NCBI GenBank assembly: GCA_951406725.2
Contig: OX597824.1
Span: forward strand, 40,920,001 to 40,984,000
Origin: Octopus vulgaris
Lineage: Eukaryota
Direction of reading: 5' to 3'
Length of the DNA stretch: 64,000 nucleotides
The notes beneath the pieces were generated by a model. It searched no databases. It had not been told where the DNA came from and saw only the letters and a list, made by a program, of their open reading frames with translations. The position numbers and the translations under genes were made by a program. Below are positions 50,978 to 63,253 of the stretch, in pieces (position 1 is the first letter of the stretch; every line of letters starts with the position of its first letter).

Positions 50978-53900
50978 TGTGTGTGTGTGTATTTGTGTGT
51001 GTGTGTGTGTGTGTGTAGATAATTCTATTTTTTAAAATTTACCAATGTCCTGTTTTACTTCTCTTGTATTTAGATTATTTTTATTTTCTTTCTCCTTGCT
51101 ATTGTTTCTGGGGCTGCTTTTTGTTTCTTTTTTACAGTTTTGTTCTCTTGAAATCTTTGTATATTTACTTTTATAATGTGTATATTTTAATTTTTTTTCC
51201 CTTGAAGAATAAAAAATACATCATTGTTTGGTGTATGACTTGAATTTTAAGGAATATCATTTCTTGTATTAATTTCTCTATTTAAAATTTTTTATCAGCT
51301 ATGACTATACATAAACACTAACAGTATATCTGTATATGTAGGTCATACATTAGGTAGATCACACAGCACTTTTTCAAAGAAGATCCATTTTACACCAGTC
51401 AGTTAAACTACAATGATTATTATTGGTGGATTAAGCTGAAAACCCAGTGCTTAAAAACTTGAAACAAATGCTGCAAAGCAATTTTTCCTGGCTTTTTTTT
51501 TCACTTTGAGTTCAAAATCCTACCAAGATCAATGTTGCATTTTATCCCTTTGCAGTTGATAAAATAAAGTACTGATCAAGTTCTGGCTGGGGTTTATTGC
51601 ATTGTCTAATTCCTTGCTTGCTCAAAATTTCAAATTGAGCCTGTAGAATTGTTAGAGCTGTGGAGATGTTTTGTTGTGTTTGTTCCAGTTCTCTAAGTTG
51701 TCTGGATCAGCTTTGCTTTTCATCCCTCCAGGGCTGATAAAATAATATACCAGTCAAATACTGGGGTCTATCGTATCAATTAATCGATTAAGCCCCTCTT
51801 CTCAACCTAAGTCAGAAATTATTATTATTGTTGTGGTTGTTATCATCATCATCATTATTATTGTTGTTGTTGTTGTTAGTATATTTATTAAGACAGCAAG
51901 CTGGCAGAATTGTTAGCATGCTGGACAAAATGCTGCTAAACATTTTGTCGGTCTTTAAGTTCTGAGTTCAAATTCTGCCGAGGTTGACTTTGCCTTTCAT
52001 CCTTTCATGGTTGGTGAAAAGTACCAGTTAAGCACTGGGGTCAATGTAATTGACTAGCTCTCTTCCCCAAAATGTCAAGCCTTGTGCCTATAGTAGAAAG
52101 GATTATTACTACTACTACCATGGTAAACTGGTAGACTCATTAGCACACTGGACAAAATGCCACTAAGTAATTGAGTTCAAATCTGAGTTCAAATGCTGCC
52201 AAGGTTGACTTGGCCCATCATCCTTTTGGGGTTGGTGAAATAATTATCAGTTGAACACTGGGATCAATGTAATTGACTACCCTAACACCTAAAACTGCTG
52301 GCCTTGTTGCAAAATTTAAAAACATTATTGTTATTAAGATGGTGAGCTGGCAGAATCACTAGCATACCAGACAAAATTCCTGGTGGTAATTTGTCCATCT
52401 TTTTGAGTCGAAATTCCTCTGAGGTCAGCTTTGCCTTTTATCCTTTTGGGGTCTATAGAAGTGCATCAGCATTTTACTTATATCAATAATACTATACAAA
52501 AATTTAGCATATCTTGGAAAATACATATAGAAGTAGCTATGGCTAAGAAGTGTTTTGAAAGAACCATCTTACAGCATTAACACATGCCCTAACATTACAA
52601 ATTTCTGGAGCTCTCCTTTCTTTATTACTTAACAATAACCTGTTCATATCTTCACAATAGCTATTGTATATCGTTGTTGTAACAATTTACAATCAGAATA
52701 TTGGACAGTGTTTCTTACTTGACAATTATATTCCAGTTTTAAATCTAAATTGACATTATTTCTTAATTTCTGAATTTGCTTCTCTAGCACATTTTAGACA
52801 TTTGGTGTAGTAAAGTTTATCATTACTACTACTTTTATTATTATTACATTATTTCTATTGTGTAATATATATCAGGCTTGCTGTTTCTGAGCTGTTTATA
52901 TGCTTCCATCCTTGTTAGGTTTGGAGCTGGTAGCTGTGTGAATGAGTGCGTGCAATATCATTATCAACCCCTGTTTTTGTCTGTCTCTCTCTCTCTGCAT
53001 TCTGATTGTAAATCTTGTGATGATTCCCTTCACCCCTACAGTTCATAAAATATGTACTAGATATGGTACTAGTCTCCATCCAGTCAACTTTATAGCTACA
53101 AAACTATGGCCTTGTGTGCCAAACCACAGAATTGTTGCTCTAAGTATCAGTTTATTAAAGTGTGTTAAAGTTCTTCTTTGTCCTCCAGCAATATTTATTA
53201 ACTACTGCTGGTGATGGTATTGGTGTTGGTGGTGGTGGTAGCATATTGGAGCATTTTGCCTAGTGGTGTTGGTATTGGTAAAGGTATCTCTGGGTTGTTT
53301 TTGATGCAAGGGAGAACGGTATTATTCCTACCAACCATAAACTTTCTAACTATACTTTGAACCTAATTCTATTATTGCTTTCTACACTTCATTCTCCACA
53401 AAGCCTGGGAACATTATCATTTTAACTCAGCCATCATTCCATTTATGAACTTTTGGAATTCACAAGGAGGGTTTCTGTGTTATTAGGTGGACACCATTCT
53501 GTGTCACAAATTATAATTTTTTTCCTTGTGTTACTTTTAAAGTGTAGCTGCTGCTAATGGTGGTGAAGTTTGCCAACCCACAGTATGCACTTGGAGTTAG
53601 GGGTATTTGGTTATAGAGAGTTATTTGTCTTGGCTGTAGACATGGTGCAATGTTTTAGCTTCTTTGGCAGTCACCTCTCAAAAGAAACAATGGTCTGTCA
53701 GGATTTTAGTTGCAGGCCAACACTGAAGGAGCAGCCACTTTCCATACCATTGCTGCTGCCTTTCATAGTGGTACTTCAGTACAAACTTAGGCTGAGTGTA
53801 TGGAGATCTTAAGCAGTACAAAAACTTAATGAGCTAAGTTTCAATTGACCTTTAATTTGTTGACTCTGTACTTAATTTCTTTTTAGTGTCACAAGAACAA

Positions 53901-54689
53901 ACTTTGCTTTTTCAGTTTTTGTTACAAACATCCCATCCTAGTTTAAATTAACTTTGTCCCCACCCTCTTTCTTTTTCACTCATGGTTCATGTTCTTCCCT
54001 AAAACACCAAGCATTATATGAAGAGTCTTTATTCAAGAACTACTACTCTCTGACAATCTTTTATCTCGGCCTTGTTTATTTACATTATACTAACATTATC
54101 CAACTTTTTCAGGTCCATGTAATGTACTGGTTTTATCTTTGTCTAGCTTTCTCAAGATGTAGCCCCCCCCCATCCCATCCCATCCATATGTGTGTGTTTT
54201 TGACAGGCAAAACACGTCCATCTTTCTTGTTAGTAAAATATAAAGCAAAAAGAACTAATTTTGTTGATTGGTTATGGTAAACAAATGATTCTTATTTTTT
54301 TTCCCCCTTGTTCTGCTGTCATCCCTAGCCTTACATCTCATCTTCTGTGATCTGTGCTCCATAGTATTATTCAGTAACATGTATCACCTGATGCTACAGA
54401 AGGTAATTCCAACACTGGAAAATTTGGTACTTCTACCCACTTAATACCTTATATGTTAGATCCCAAAACCATGGCCACTATCCTAAGATGACAGGGCTCA
54501 CATTAGATATTGAAATTGACCGTGGATGAAACAGTATTTGAACTGTTTATTCCATGTCAAGGAACCACTGACAGTAAACAGAAATGCCTCTTTAGCTTTA
54601 AAGGGCTGCAAAGGGTTGGATAAATCTTTCTTTTGGAAAGAATTCATGTTCATTATTATTGCATTGATACCCTACCTCCCATCTCTGTT

Positions 54690-54872
54690 ATCTATATGCT
54701 GATATCCCCTCTCATTTCCATTGTCCATGTGTTGATATCCTTTCATCTTCATTGTCCATATGCTAATATCTCCCTACCATGACAAACTCCACTGTTCATA
54801 TGCTGATATGCCCTCCCATTTTTATTTTTCATTTATTAACTTCTACTTTCTTCATATGCTGACATCCTCTAC
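54690..54872. repeat. Degenerate tandem repeat, five copies of the TCCATATGCTGATATCC core
   Basis: Recurring YATATGCTGATATC at 31-40 bp spacing, last copy further away. Confidence 0.7.
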
Positions 54873-54988
54873 TTTTTTTTATACTTATCTCAACTGTATT
54901 TTCAGTTTTATTGTAGCTGTACCTAATGTGAAACAAATGATTCATCTTTTTCTTTTCTTTTCTTTTTTTTTTGTTTTTCGTTTTACAG

Positions 54989-55096
54989 TATGGTAGCTAA
55001 TCCTCAGATGACTACTGAAATTAAAGATCCTGTGTCCCCATTTCAAATCTCCCGGTCACTACTTGATCAGATGGGCCTGCTGTCTTGGGAGAGAAG
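54989..55096 (+). CDS. RALGAPA1: Exon (phase 2-2): MVANPQMTTEIKDPVSPFQISRSLLDQMGLLSWER(R)
   Basis: ttttacag| and AG|gtgatg. Confidence 0.93.
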
Positions 55097-55380
55097 GTGA
55101 TGGACTTTTTTTGTTATTGTTGCTGTTATTGTGAATGCAGTCAGTGGGTGGATGGGTGAGAAGAGATAATATTTTAGGGATTACTAAACAGTGTTATTCT
55201 GTTTGCCTAAGGCTTCAGAACTAATCATCATCACCACTAATAATAATACTTGAAGAAAGCTCACCTGTTGGGTTATGGTATTTTTACCATATTTGTCTAA
55301 TGGTACATGGTTCTCAGCCACTTTAGATATGCATTTCAAATGTAGCAGGCTGTCATATTGCACTTTAGCACTTTTGTGAC

Positions 55381-56457
55381 TTAACCCTTTCGTTACTATA
55401 TTTCTGACCAAATTACACCCCTTATGTGTTTCAATTAATTTCTAACGTAATCATAAATTTAGTCTGGTTTCATTAAACAACTATAACTTTTTTATTAATC
55501 TGATTTTTGGAAGATAATTTAATGAAATATTCTCAACCAATTCTATACTATAATTTTTGTCACAAAGTGACTCTATTTGCAGGTAGATACAGGTAAATTC
55601 CACAAAATATAAAATTATTAAAATTTTGTTCAAACATCGCTATAGAAAATATTAGCTAATATTCAATTGGGTATACAACAAAATTTTACGATAGAATTTG
55701 TTATTCTGGGTAACTTTCTGATACCCATAATAATATTTATGGCAAAATAGGCCTTAATTTCATTTAAGGTTGTGGGAAATAACAAACTATCCTTTCTTTC
55801 GTTTTGTTTACGTTTAGCGTAACGTTTCGTTTTCGCTGTAATGATTTCAAATAGGCTCATTCGAAAAAGTAAATAGAAATAGCCTAAGGCTTTACCCTTC
55901 TGGGAAAGTCTGTGGCTTGGTCCAGTTTCTGCAGAAAAATCACCGAAAGAAACAGTTTTTAAATTTTCACTCCATTCAGGTGCCAATTCGTTTTCTTTAT
56001 CGCTATCGGAGATCTCAGATTCACTGTTTTCACTTTCGGAAAATGAAACATCAAATTCATTATCAAATACCATGTGCTTTTTTTTTTCAGTCATAGAGTT
56101 AGATTTATGAAGGTCTTCAGTAAAAATCCTTCGAATTCTGACTCGCTGCTTGATATAATGAAATTCGTATCCATTTTTTGTCAGAATTACAAATTTTGAA
56201 AACACAATAGGAACAAATTTCGGAAAAAAATCTCCCAAGATTCACGGAATTAAAATTACACTTCGATTATTGTACAAAACTGTAGTTGAACTGTTTATGA
56301 AGTATAATACGTGTTTTCACGAATGTACTGAAGAGATTTGCTCTGATATTCTCATTTAAATATGAATAGGTAAATTCGGGCGGCTTTGGGCGGTTTGGTT
56401 TCATAAACCAAAATTTTTTTCGGGCGGCTTTGGGCGGTTTGGTAACGAAAGGGTTAA
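55381..56457 (-). mobile_element. Internally deleted piggyBac transposon
   Basis: TTAA TSD on both sides, TIR CCCTTTCGTTAC, duplicated subterminal TTCGGGCGGCTTTGGGCGGTTTGGT; ORF 55663-56238(-) resembles the piggyBac transposase N-terminus (YFYLLF..IITAKTKRYA..TTLNEIKAYFAINIIMG..LP). Confidence 0.9.
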
Positions 56458-56569
56458 GCACTAAAAATTATTGACATTGTCACATAATTGAAAACTGAGT
56501 CTTTGGATTTTCTGAGCTGCATTTTTGGCAATTATGTTTAGTAATTCTACACTTAGGTTTTACTTCAAA

Positions 56570-56904
56570 TTCAAATTAGATTTACGGAGATGTACTTGCA
56601 TAGCAAGTGATTTGATCTGAGATCGTGTGCTGAAATGAAAACAATTGCAGCGTGGAAGGTGTTTGTAAGCCATTTAAGAAACACACAAAAGCCATTCGAT
56701 TCACTTCAACATTTAAGTTTAATTTGTCAAAATATTTTCGTCACTTTAAGACCGCGACCTGTTCACTGACAAAAATCCGAGCACGAATATATATTTTGAC
56801 AAATTAAACTTAAATATTGAAGTGAATTGAACGGCTTTTGTGTGTTTTTTAAATGGCTTACAAACACCTTCCACGCTGCAATTGTTTGTGTTCAAATTAG
56901 ATTT
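56570..56904 (-). mobile_element. Foldback insertion with 14-bp TSD and hammerhead variant (Penelope-like)
   Basis: TTCAAATTAGATTT at 56570-56583 and 56891-56904; inverted arms about 56639-56741 / 56783-56887. Confidence 0.8.
56723..56773 (-). ncRNA. Minimal type I hammerhead ribozyme with G3:C8 core swap
   Basis: UUUGUCA-GUGAACA-G-GUCGC-ggucuuaaa-GUGAC-GAAA-AUAUU-U-UGACAAA: 7-bp stem I, 5-bp stem II, palindromic stem III. Confidence 0.7.
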
Positions 56905-57328
56905 CCTGGAGCTAAAAATCAATATTCTATTGTGAGTGTCTGTTGAGTTTTGTAGAGGGTTAATAGCTGATATGGGATGAAGTCTCAGTGATGAAGCCTT
57001 TATTATGCCCAGCAAGAGAGATCCTCAGTAATGATTAGGTCTAACGCTTGTTGCAGCTTTGAGGGTTTTAGTTGTGTGCTGTTCATGTTTGGGAGTGGAA
57101 TGGTATATGACTAAGTTTTTTTCTTTGTTATAGTTCTTGTGTCTTTGTGCTGTTGAAAGTAATAAGTTTAGTATGATCCTTTAATCAAATTTGGGGGGTG
57201 TTTCTGAGCTCTCTGTAACTGGAGCCAGTGCTGGTTTAGCATAAGGTGTCTTAATTGCATGTGGATGATGCTAGGGTGTGGGAAATTTCTTTCTTTTTTA
57301 ATTTAAAGAATTTCTTTTCCTTTGGCAG

Positions 57329-57400
57329 ATGTCATTTTGATTTATTGAAGAAAAGTGACAAATTGTTACGAGAACTGAAAAATTTGGACAGCCAAAAATG
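57329..57400 (+). CDS. RALGAPA1: Exon (phase 2-2): CHFDLLKKSDKLLRELKNLDSQK(C)
   Basis: tggcag| and TG|gtatgt; conserved KLLRELxNLD. Confidence 0.95.
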
Positions 57401-58059
57401 GTATGTTTCTATTTTAGGATATATTTGTTACAGTCTTGTTTCATTGCTTTTTTTTTTGTGATTTCTTACTCTCTGCCTGTTTTTTTATTCTTTCTTTTTG
57501 ACTTTTTTCATTTTATGTTCTGTTTTACTTTTTCTTTTTTTCTTTTTTTGTCTTTTTCTTTTGATATTTTGTTCAATAACCATGTCAATAGAGTAATTGT
57601 AAGACAAATATTTGGTATACTATTTATTTATTGATTGATTGTGAAGTTACCTGACATTGTGCTTGAGTTAACATGGTCATAAGCTAATATTGATTTCTTC
57701 ATCAAAGAATGAATAAGGACACTTTTAGTGATGCCACTGTTTATAGGGCCAAGTTAATTTCACCCTGAAGTAGCTGTTTACTGATAAAAAATTGAAATGT
57801 TGGCTATGGATATAAAAAAAAAACATTAGAAGAGAATAAACAAAAATAACTTACAGAGAATTTTCTTTGGAGTAACTGTCATGGCATAATGGTAAATTAA
57901 TGATGTATGAGCAATGTCAGTCTGGTCACAGCTTCTAGTTGGAACTTTACAATGTATGCTTCTGTTTTAGTAACGAATAACATTGTATATGTATCTCTTT
58001 CTTATTAAAGTATACGAAATGTGAGTTAATAATTTATATAAATTTAAAAAATTTTCTAG

Positions 58060-58183
58060 CCGTGACACCCACAAAGTTGCTGTGATATATGTCGCTGAAG
58101 GTCAGGAAGATAAACACTCAATACTTGCTAACTGTGGAGGAAGCAAAGCTTACGAAGATTTTGTTAGTGGTTTAGGCTGGGAA
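58060..58183 (+). CDS. RALGAPA1: Exon, start of Rap/Ran-GAP domain: [41 protein letters not shown]
   Basis: ttctag| and GAA|gtaagt. Confidence 0.96.
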
Positions 58184-59770
58184 GTAAGTATATGTTTAAT
58201 GACTTGCCAAATGTTTTGGAGGAAGATGTATTGCATGTTGAATCTTTGCTAAATATCATTGTTGAATGTGTGAAAAGGCTTTGTGTTTGTGGTATTTAAT
58301 TGTTGGTTCATGGAGCTGTAATTATGTTATATTTCAAATCTTGTCTTCTAATTGTTTTTGATCACATTTAAATGATTATTCTATTCACTAACTGCAAGGC
58401 TTCGTTGAAGTATCTCACCTATCCCTTAGGTCTCCCATCAACCACTTACTTTCACCACCACCACTGCTGTTGCACCACCACCACCACCACTGCTGTTGCT
58501 ACCACCACCACCACTACTACTTGTAGATGTCTTCTGTTACAAATACATTTTCTCATTCATGTTTCATTGAAAACAAGATTTGTCAATTTTTTGTTTGGTA
58601 TTTCACTATCTTGTTTCTTTTTGCTCTGCTGTTCACAGTTAAATAATAGTACTTCTAGTAAACTACAAGATCTTACTGAGTGGTTAGCATGAGGACAAGA
58701 TAATCAGCATCTGAATTCTCTTGCTTTAAAAACAATTCTCAAAATATCAAGGAATATTGGAGTCTTGAACAAAGCATCTTATTTTATGTTATACAATTTT
58801 GTTAAAAGAACAGACACCACTTTCACATATCTGTTAAATAGGTGATACTAAAATATTTGTTTAATCACATCCTTACTATCAATCACAAAATGTTTTCTCA
58901 CCATCATCTATTAGTTGCTCTTAACTACAAACCATCAACATTGGTTCTATTACAGTTTACTATTCACACAAAATCTCTTAGCAGCTGAAGTTTAATCCTT
59001 TAGTATTCAGATTATTCTATCAAATGTTATGCCTATTTATTCATATTGTTTTGAATTAATCATGGATTATCTTGTAGCTTTGTGATTTTCATAATGTGAT
59101 TGTTTAATTTTAGAAGGACCTTATAGAATAGGTGTGAGAGGCTGGATCTGGCTAGTTTGGACATAAAACGTTGAATATTTTGACTGGATATGACCAGTTT
59201 GAGTACTAAAAGGTTAACTTGCACTTAGATATGACATAAGGAAGGAAAAGGAGTACTCTGTCGGTTATGATAATGGGGGCCCCAGCTGATACAATCAACG
59301 GAACAGCTTGATCGTAAAATGAACGTGCAAGTATCTGAGCACTCCACGGACCTGTGTACCTTTGACATAGTTCTTAGGGAGATTCAGTGTGACACAGTGT
59401 GACAGGGCTGAAATTCTGCTAAGCATTTTGCCTGGCATGCTAATGCTTCTGTCAGCTCACCACCTTAATGATGATAATAATAATAATAATCATTTCTACT
59501 AAAGGCACAAGATCTGAAATTTGGTGTGAGGGGACTAGTCAATTACATTGACCCCCCAGTGTTTCACTTAATTTATTGACCCCAAAAGGATGAAAAGCAA
59601 AGTTAGCCTCAGCAGAATTTTAACTCAGAATGTAGTGGCAGACGAAAACTGCTAAGCATTTCACCCAACATGCTTACGATTCTGCCACTTCACCACCTTA
59701 TTATTATGAATAATAATGATAACAACAACAATAATGATAATATGGTGTTCTGTTTTTGTGTATGTTACAG

Positions 59771-59926
59771 GTGGATCTTGAACAACATGTTGGTTTTCTT
59801 GGAGGATTGCAACAGAACAAGACTACAGGAGAGACTGCCCCCTATTATGCTAATTCAACATGTGAAGTTATTTACCACGTTTCCACTCGCATGCCAACTG
59901 GTAATGATGCAGCTATGCATATCAAG
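59771..59926 (+). CDS. RALGAPA1: Exon, GAP domain: [52 protein letters not shown]
   Basis: ttacag| and AAG|gtgagt. Confidence 0.96.
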
Positions 59927-61488
59927 GTGAGTATGTTTTATAGAATTTTTGTTTTCTTCTCTCTTGTCTATGCTGTAACAGTTTTAGTTCTGTTTTTGTG
60001 GAGAGAGAATGGTTGTAGGAACTCATTTATTTGTTAATTATGACTTAGCCAGTACAGACTTATGGTAAGAATGGGACTTGAAAAAGGCCTTCTGTGGATT
60101 GTAAAATACAAAATAGCTGCTTTTCATTGAATAACTAACTTATCATCTTGGAATTGTCTCACCAGAAGTTATAGTATCTGAATTCTTGTTTAGCCCTGAT
60201 CAATTTAGACCTATGATCATAGGGATTCCATCCCTAGCTAATCCATAAATGACTATATTTGATGTTTGTCTTCAAACTAGAGTTGTTTCATTTCACCTTT
60301 CAACAATGCTTTTACAAATTTTCTTTGACCCTTACATTCTAGTCTGTTAGATTATTGTCATGGTTTTCCTTTAGACTCTATTTCAGATTTTAAAAAAAAC
60401 CCAAAAAGCAAATGCAAGCCAATTTCTACCTTGAAAACAGCTCTGCTTTATGCACAAACTCTCTCACTCTCTCTGTGTAATGGGTGTTTTTTACATGCCG
60501 CTGGCATGAGTGCTAGTTAGGTAACACCAGCATTGGCTACGTCTATGATTTCACTTGACTTGATGGATCTTCTTAAGCATGGCATATCACCAAAGGTCTC
60601 AGTCACTTGTTATTGCATCTATGAGGCCAGCCCAATGTTTGAAGAGTGCTTTTTACATGTCACCGGCATGGGCACCAGTTACGTTACACAAACATTGGCC
60701 ACAACTGTGATTTATTTCACTTGGCTTCATGTGTCTTCTAACCCTTTAGTATTTAGATTACTCTGTCAGATGTAATATTTATTTATATTGTTTTGAATTA
60801 TCTTGTAAATTAGAAATTTCAGTGATGTGATTGTTTAGTTTTAGAAGGACATTGTAGGGTTGAGGTGAGAGGCAAGATCTGGCCAGTTTTTCAACATAAA
60901 ACTGGTTAAATATTTTGGCTGGATATTGCTGGTTTGAATGCTAAAAGGCTAAATATTTTGGATTCCTGTATGAAAGTATCTTTTTGCTTCCCTACTTCCT
61001 GTGAATGCATGTAATAGTCTAGTGGTCAGGTTGTTGCACTTACGATCGCCAGATTGTGGGTTCGATTCCCTGACTGGGCAGCACGTTGTATTCTTGAGTA
61101 AAACACTTCATTTCACATTACTCCCGTCCCTCTTTCAATCTTGCTGACCTGCTCACCTAGCCAGTGGGGTGGCTTTATTTGAAGGTGAAAACAAATCAAA
61201 AGCGCATTGTGACCAGTGATGTTTAATAATATAGCCTGTTCGGCCATGTGATCACAAGACTTACCTCCTAGTTGAGATATTTCATACATTCACTAATTAA
61301 GTTCATTAACCACTTAGTTTACATATGTTATTCCTTTCCAGGAGTAGATTTTGTGTTCACAACTGTTTTGTATTCATATTTTGGCATTCTGTTTTTGTGC
61401 ATGTTTTTGTGGCCTGTAGCCACTGTTTTTTTTGTTACTTTGTACTTTACTCCTTTATTTGCTAATTTTGACCAAATTGTTGTTATAG

Positions 61489-61647
61489 ATGAGGCATCTT
61501 GGGAATGATGAGGTCCATATAGTGTGGTCAGAACATAGTCGAGACTATCGCAGGAACATTATTCCGACAGAATTTGGGGATATTCTCATCATTATTTACC
61601 CACTTCCAAATGGGCTTTTTAGGATTCACATTAACAAGAAACCTGAT
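61489..61647 (+). CDS. RALGAPA1: Exon, GAP catalytic helix: [16 protein letters not shown]...NKKPD (Asn thumb codon 61504-61506)
   Basis: ttatag| and GAT|gtaagg; RHxGND motif of Rap1GAP/TSC2/RalGAP family. Confidence 0.97.
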
Positions 61648-62156
61648 GTAAGGAACATTTTAAAAATATATTTTCTTGTTTTTTATTGTATAATTTTAAA
61701 AGAATGTTCTTGTATTTTTTATTGTTCATTATAAAAAAAAAAGAAAATAACAATTAGAGTCCAAAGGAACTAATTATGCTTTGCTTTCAATAAAATTTAG
61801 GAATGTAAGATTGGTTTGTGTACCATAAATGAGGTAGGGTCCTGATTTCTTGAAGAAATCCCATTCCATGAATCATCAGAGCTGATCTTTTGCTACAGAG
61901 GCTTGTATTGTCTAGTCAAGTGTTCTTTTATTCTCTTATTTGTTTTAGTCATTTGACTGTGGCCATGCAGGAGCACTGCCTTGAAAGATTTTAGCCGAAC
62001 AAATCAACTGCAGGGCTTTTTTTTTTATCAAAGCCTAGTTCTTATTCTATCGGTCTCATTTGCTGAACTGCTAAGTTACAGGGACATAAGCACACCAACA
62101 CTGGTTGTCAAGCTGTGATGTGGGGACTAATACTGACATACAGACATACAAATATA

Positions 62157-62720
62157 TTGGGTCATCCCATAAATAATGTGGTTTTTTTATCAATTGCATT
62201 AACTAAAAGTTGGAGGGATCAGGATAAACTACCTGCATCATCTTGCTATAAAAGCAGGTAGTAATTTTAGTGTGAACTTATTTTTAGTGCAAGTTTTGAA
62301 GAGTGCAGTTCGATTTTAACGTTTATTTTTTCAAAGCTATAATGGAAGTGGCAAAGGAGCATATTTGGCATGTTTTGTTTTATGAGTTCAATAAAGGCAG
62401 GAACACAATGAAAAGTGCAAGGAATGCAGTATATGGGTATTGGACAATAAACATAAGCCTGTGTCAGTGGGGGTTCCAGAAATTCTGAGCTGGAAACTAC
62501 AGCCTAGAAGACGAGCCTCATCCTGGAAGATCTGTAGAGCTTGATGAGGACATCCTGCAAACCCTGGTTGAACAAAATCTCATTGTAACTGTTGAGGAAC
62601 TATCAGAGAAGCTTGGATTTGGTCATTCAACCATTTAGTGACACCTGCATGCCATTGGAAAAGTCAGCAAATTGGGTTGATGGGTTCCTCACAAACTTTC
62701 TGAGTCTAATTGCATGCAGA
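62157..62720 (+). mobile_element. 5' half of a decayed mariner element
   Basis: MEVAKEHIWHVLFYEFNKG HTH, SLEDEPHPGR, WVPHKL linker; several stops; truncated. Confidence 0.88.
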
Positions 62721-63118
62721 TGTTTTTAAAAATTTTTTTTGTAGCCCCCTACTGTTAGTGTTTTTGTGTTTTTATATACTTGTGGAAAACAAAATCATCA
62801 TTATTATTATTGTTATTAATAAGGTGGTGAGCTGGCAGAATTGTTAGCACACTGGATGACATGCTTAACGATATTTTGCCTGTCGCTATGTTCTGAGTTC
62901 AAATTCCACCGAGGTCAACTTTGCCTTTCTTCCTTTCAGAGTTAATAAATTAAGTACCAGTCAAGTACTGGGGTTGATGTGATTGACTGTATCCCTCCCC
63001 ACAAATTCCTGGCCTTGTGCCTATAGTAGAAGGGATTATTATTATTATTATTAGTGTTAATGCAAGGAAATTATTAGTGGTAGTAATATTATTAATGTTG
63101 TTTTCTTTTTAATTTCAG

Positions 63119-63243
63119 ATTCATTTTGGCCCATTGTTTGATGGTGCAATAGTCAATTCCAAAGTCCTCCCTTGTCTAGTCCGAGCCACAGCCATCAATG
63201 CGAGCAGAACAAAGCGGGCTCTGATGCCCCTCTACCATTCCCA
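63119..63243 (+). CDS. RALGAPA1: Exon (phase 0-2): [41 protein letters not shown]
   Basis: tttcag| acceptor; donor CA|GTATCTTTTT (U12-like); recognisable homology stops here. Confidence 0.92.
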
Positions 63244-63253
63244 GTATCTTTTT
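63244..63253 (+). promoter_or_regulatory. U12-type (minor spliceosome) 5' splice site
   Basis: GTATCTTTTT vs consensus RTATCCTTT; unlike the other 28 donors. Confidence 0.75.

Larger units (their letters stand above)
1939..63243 (+). other. RALGAPA1: Ral GTPase-activating protein subunit alpha gene (partial; 29 exons traced, 5' and 3' ends outside window)
   Basis: Spliced translation has recognisable RalGAP-alpha segments ([125 protein letters not shown]). All junctions are GT-AG and phase-compatible. Probably the single invertebrate orthologue of vertebrate RALGAPA1/RALGAPA2. Confidence 0.95.

Noticed and set aside
54207-54276. Possible exon GKTRPSFLLVKYKAKRTNFVDWL
   Set aside because: Open only as phase 1-2 inside a phase-2 intron; phase 2 reading has a stop.
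54690-54872. CRISPR-like repeat-spacer appearance
   Set aside because: Eukaryotic intron, degenerate repeats, spacers similar to each other, no cas genes.
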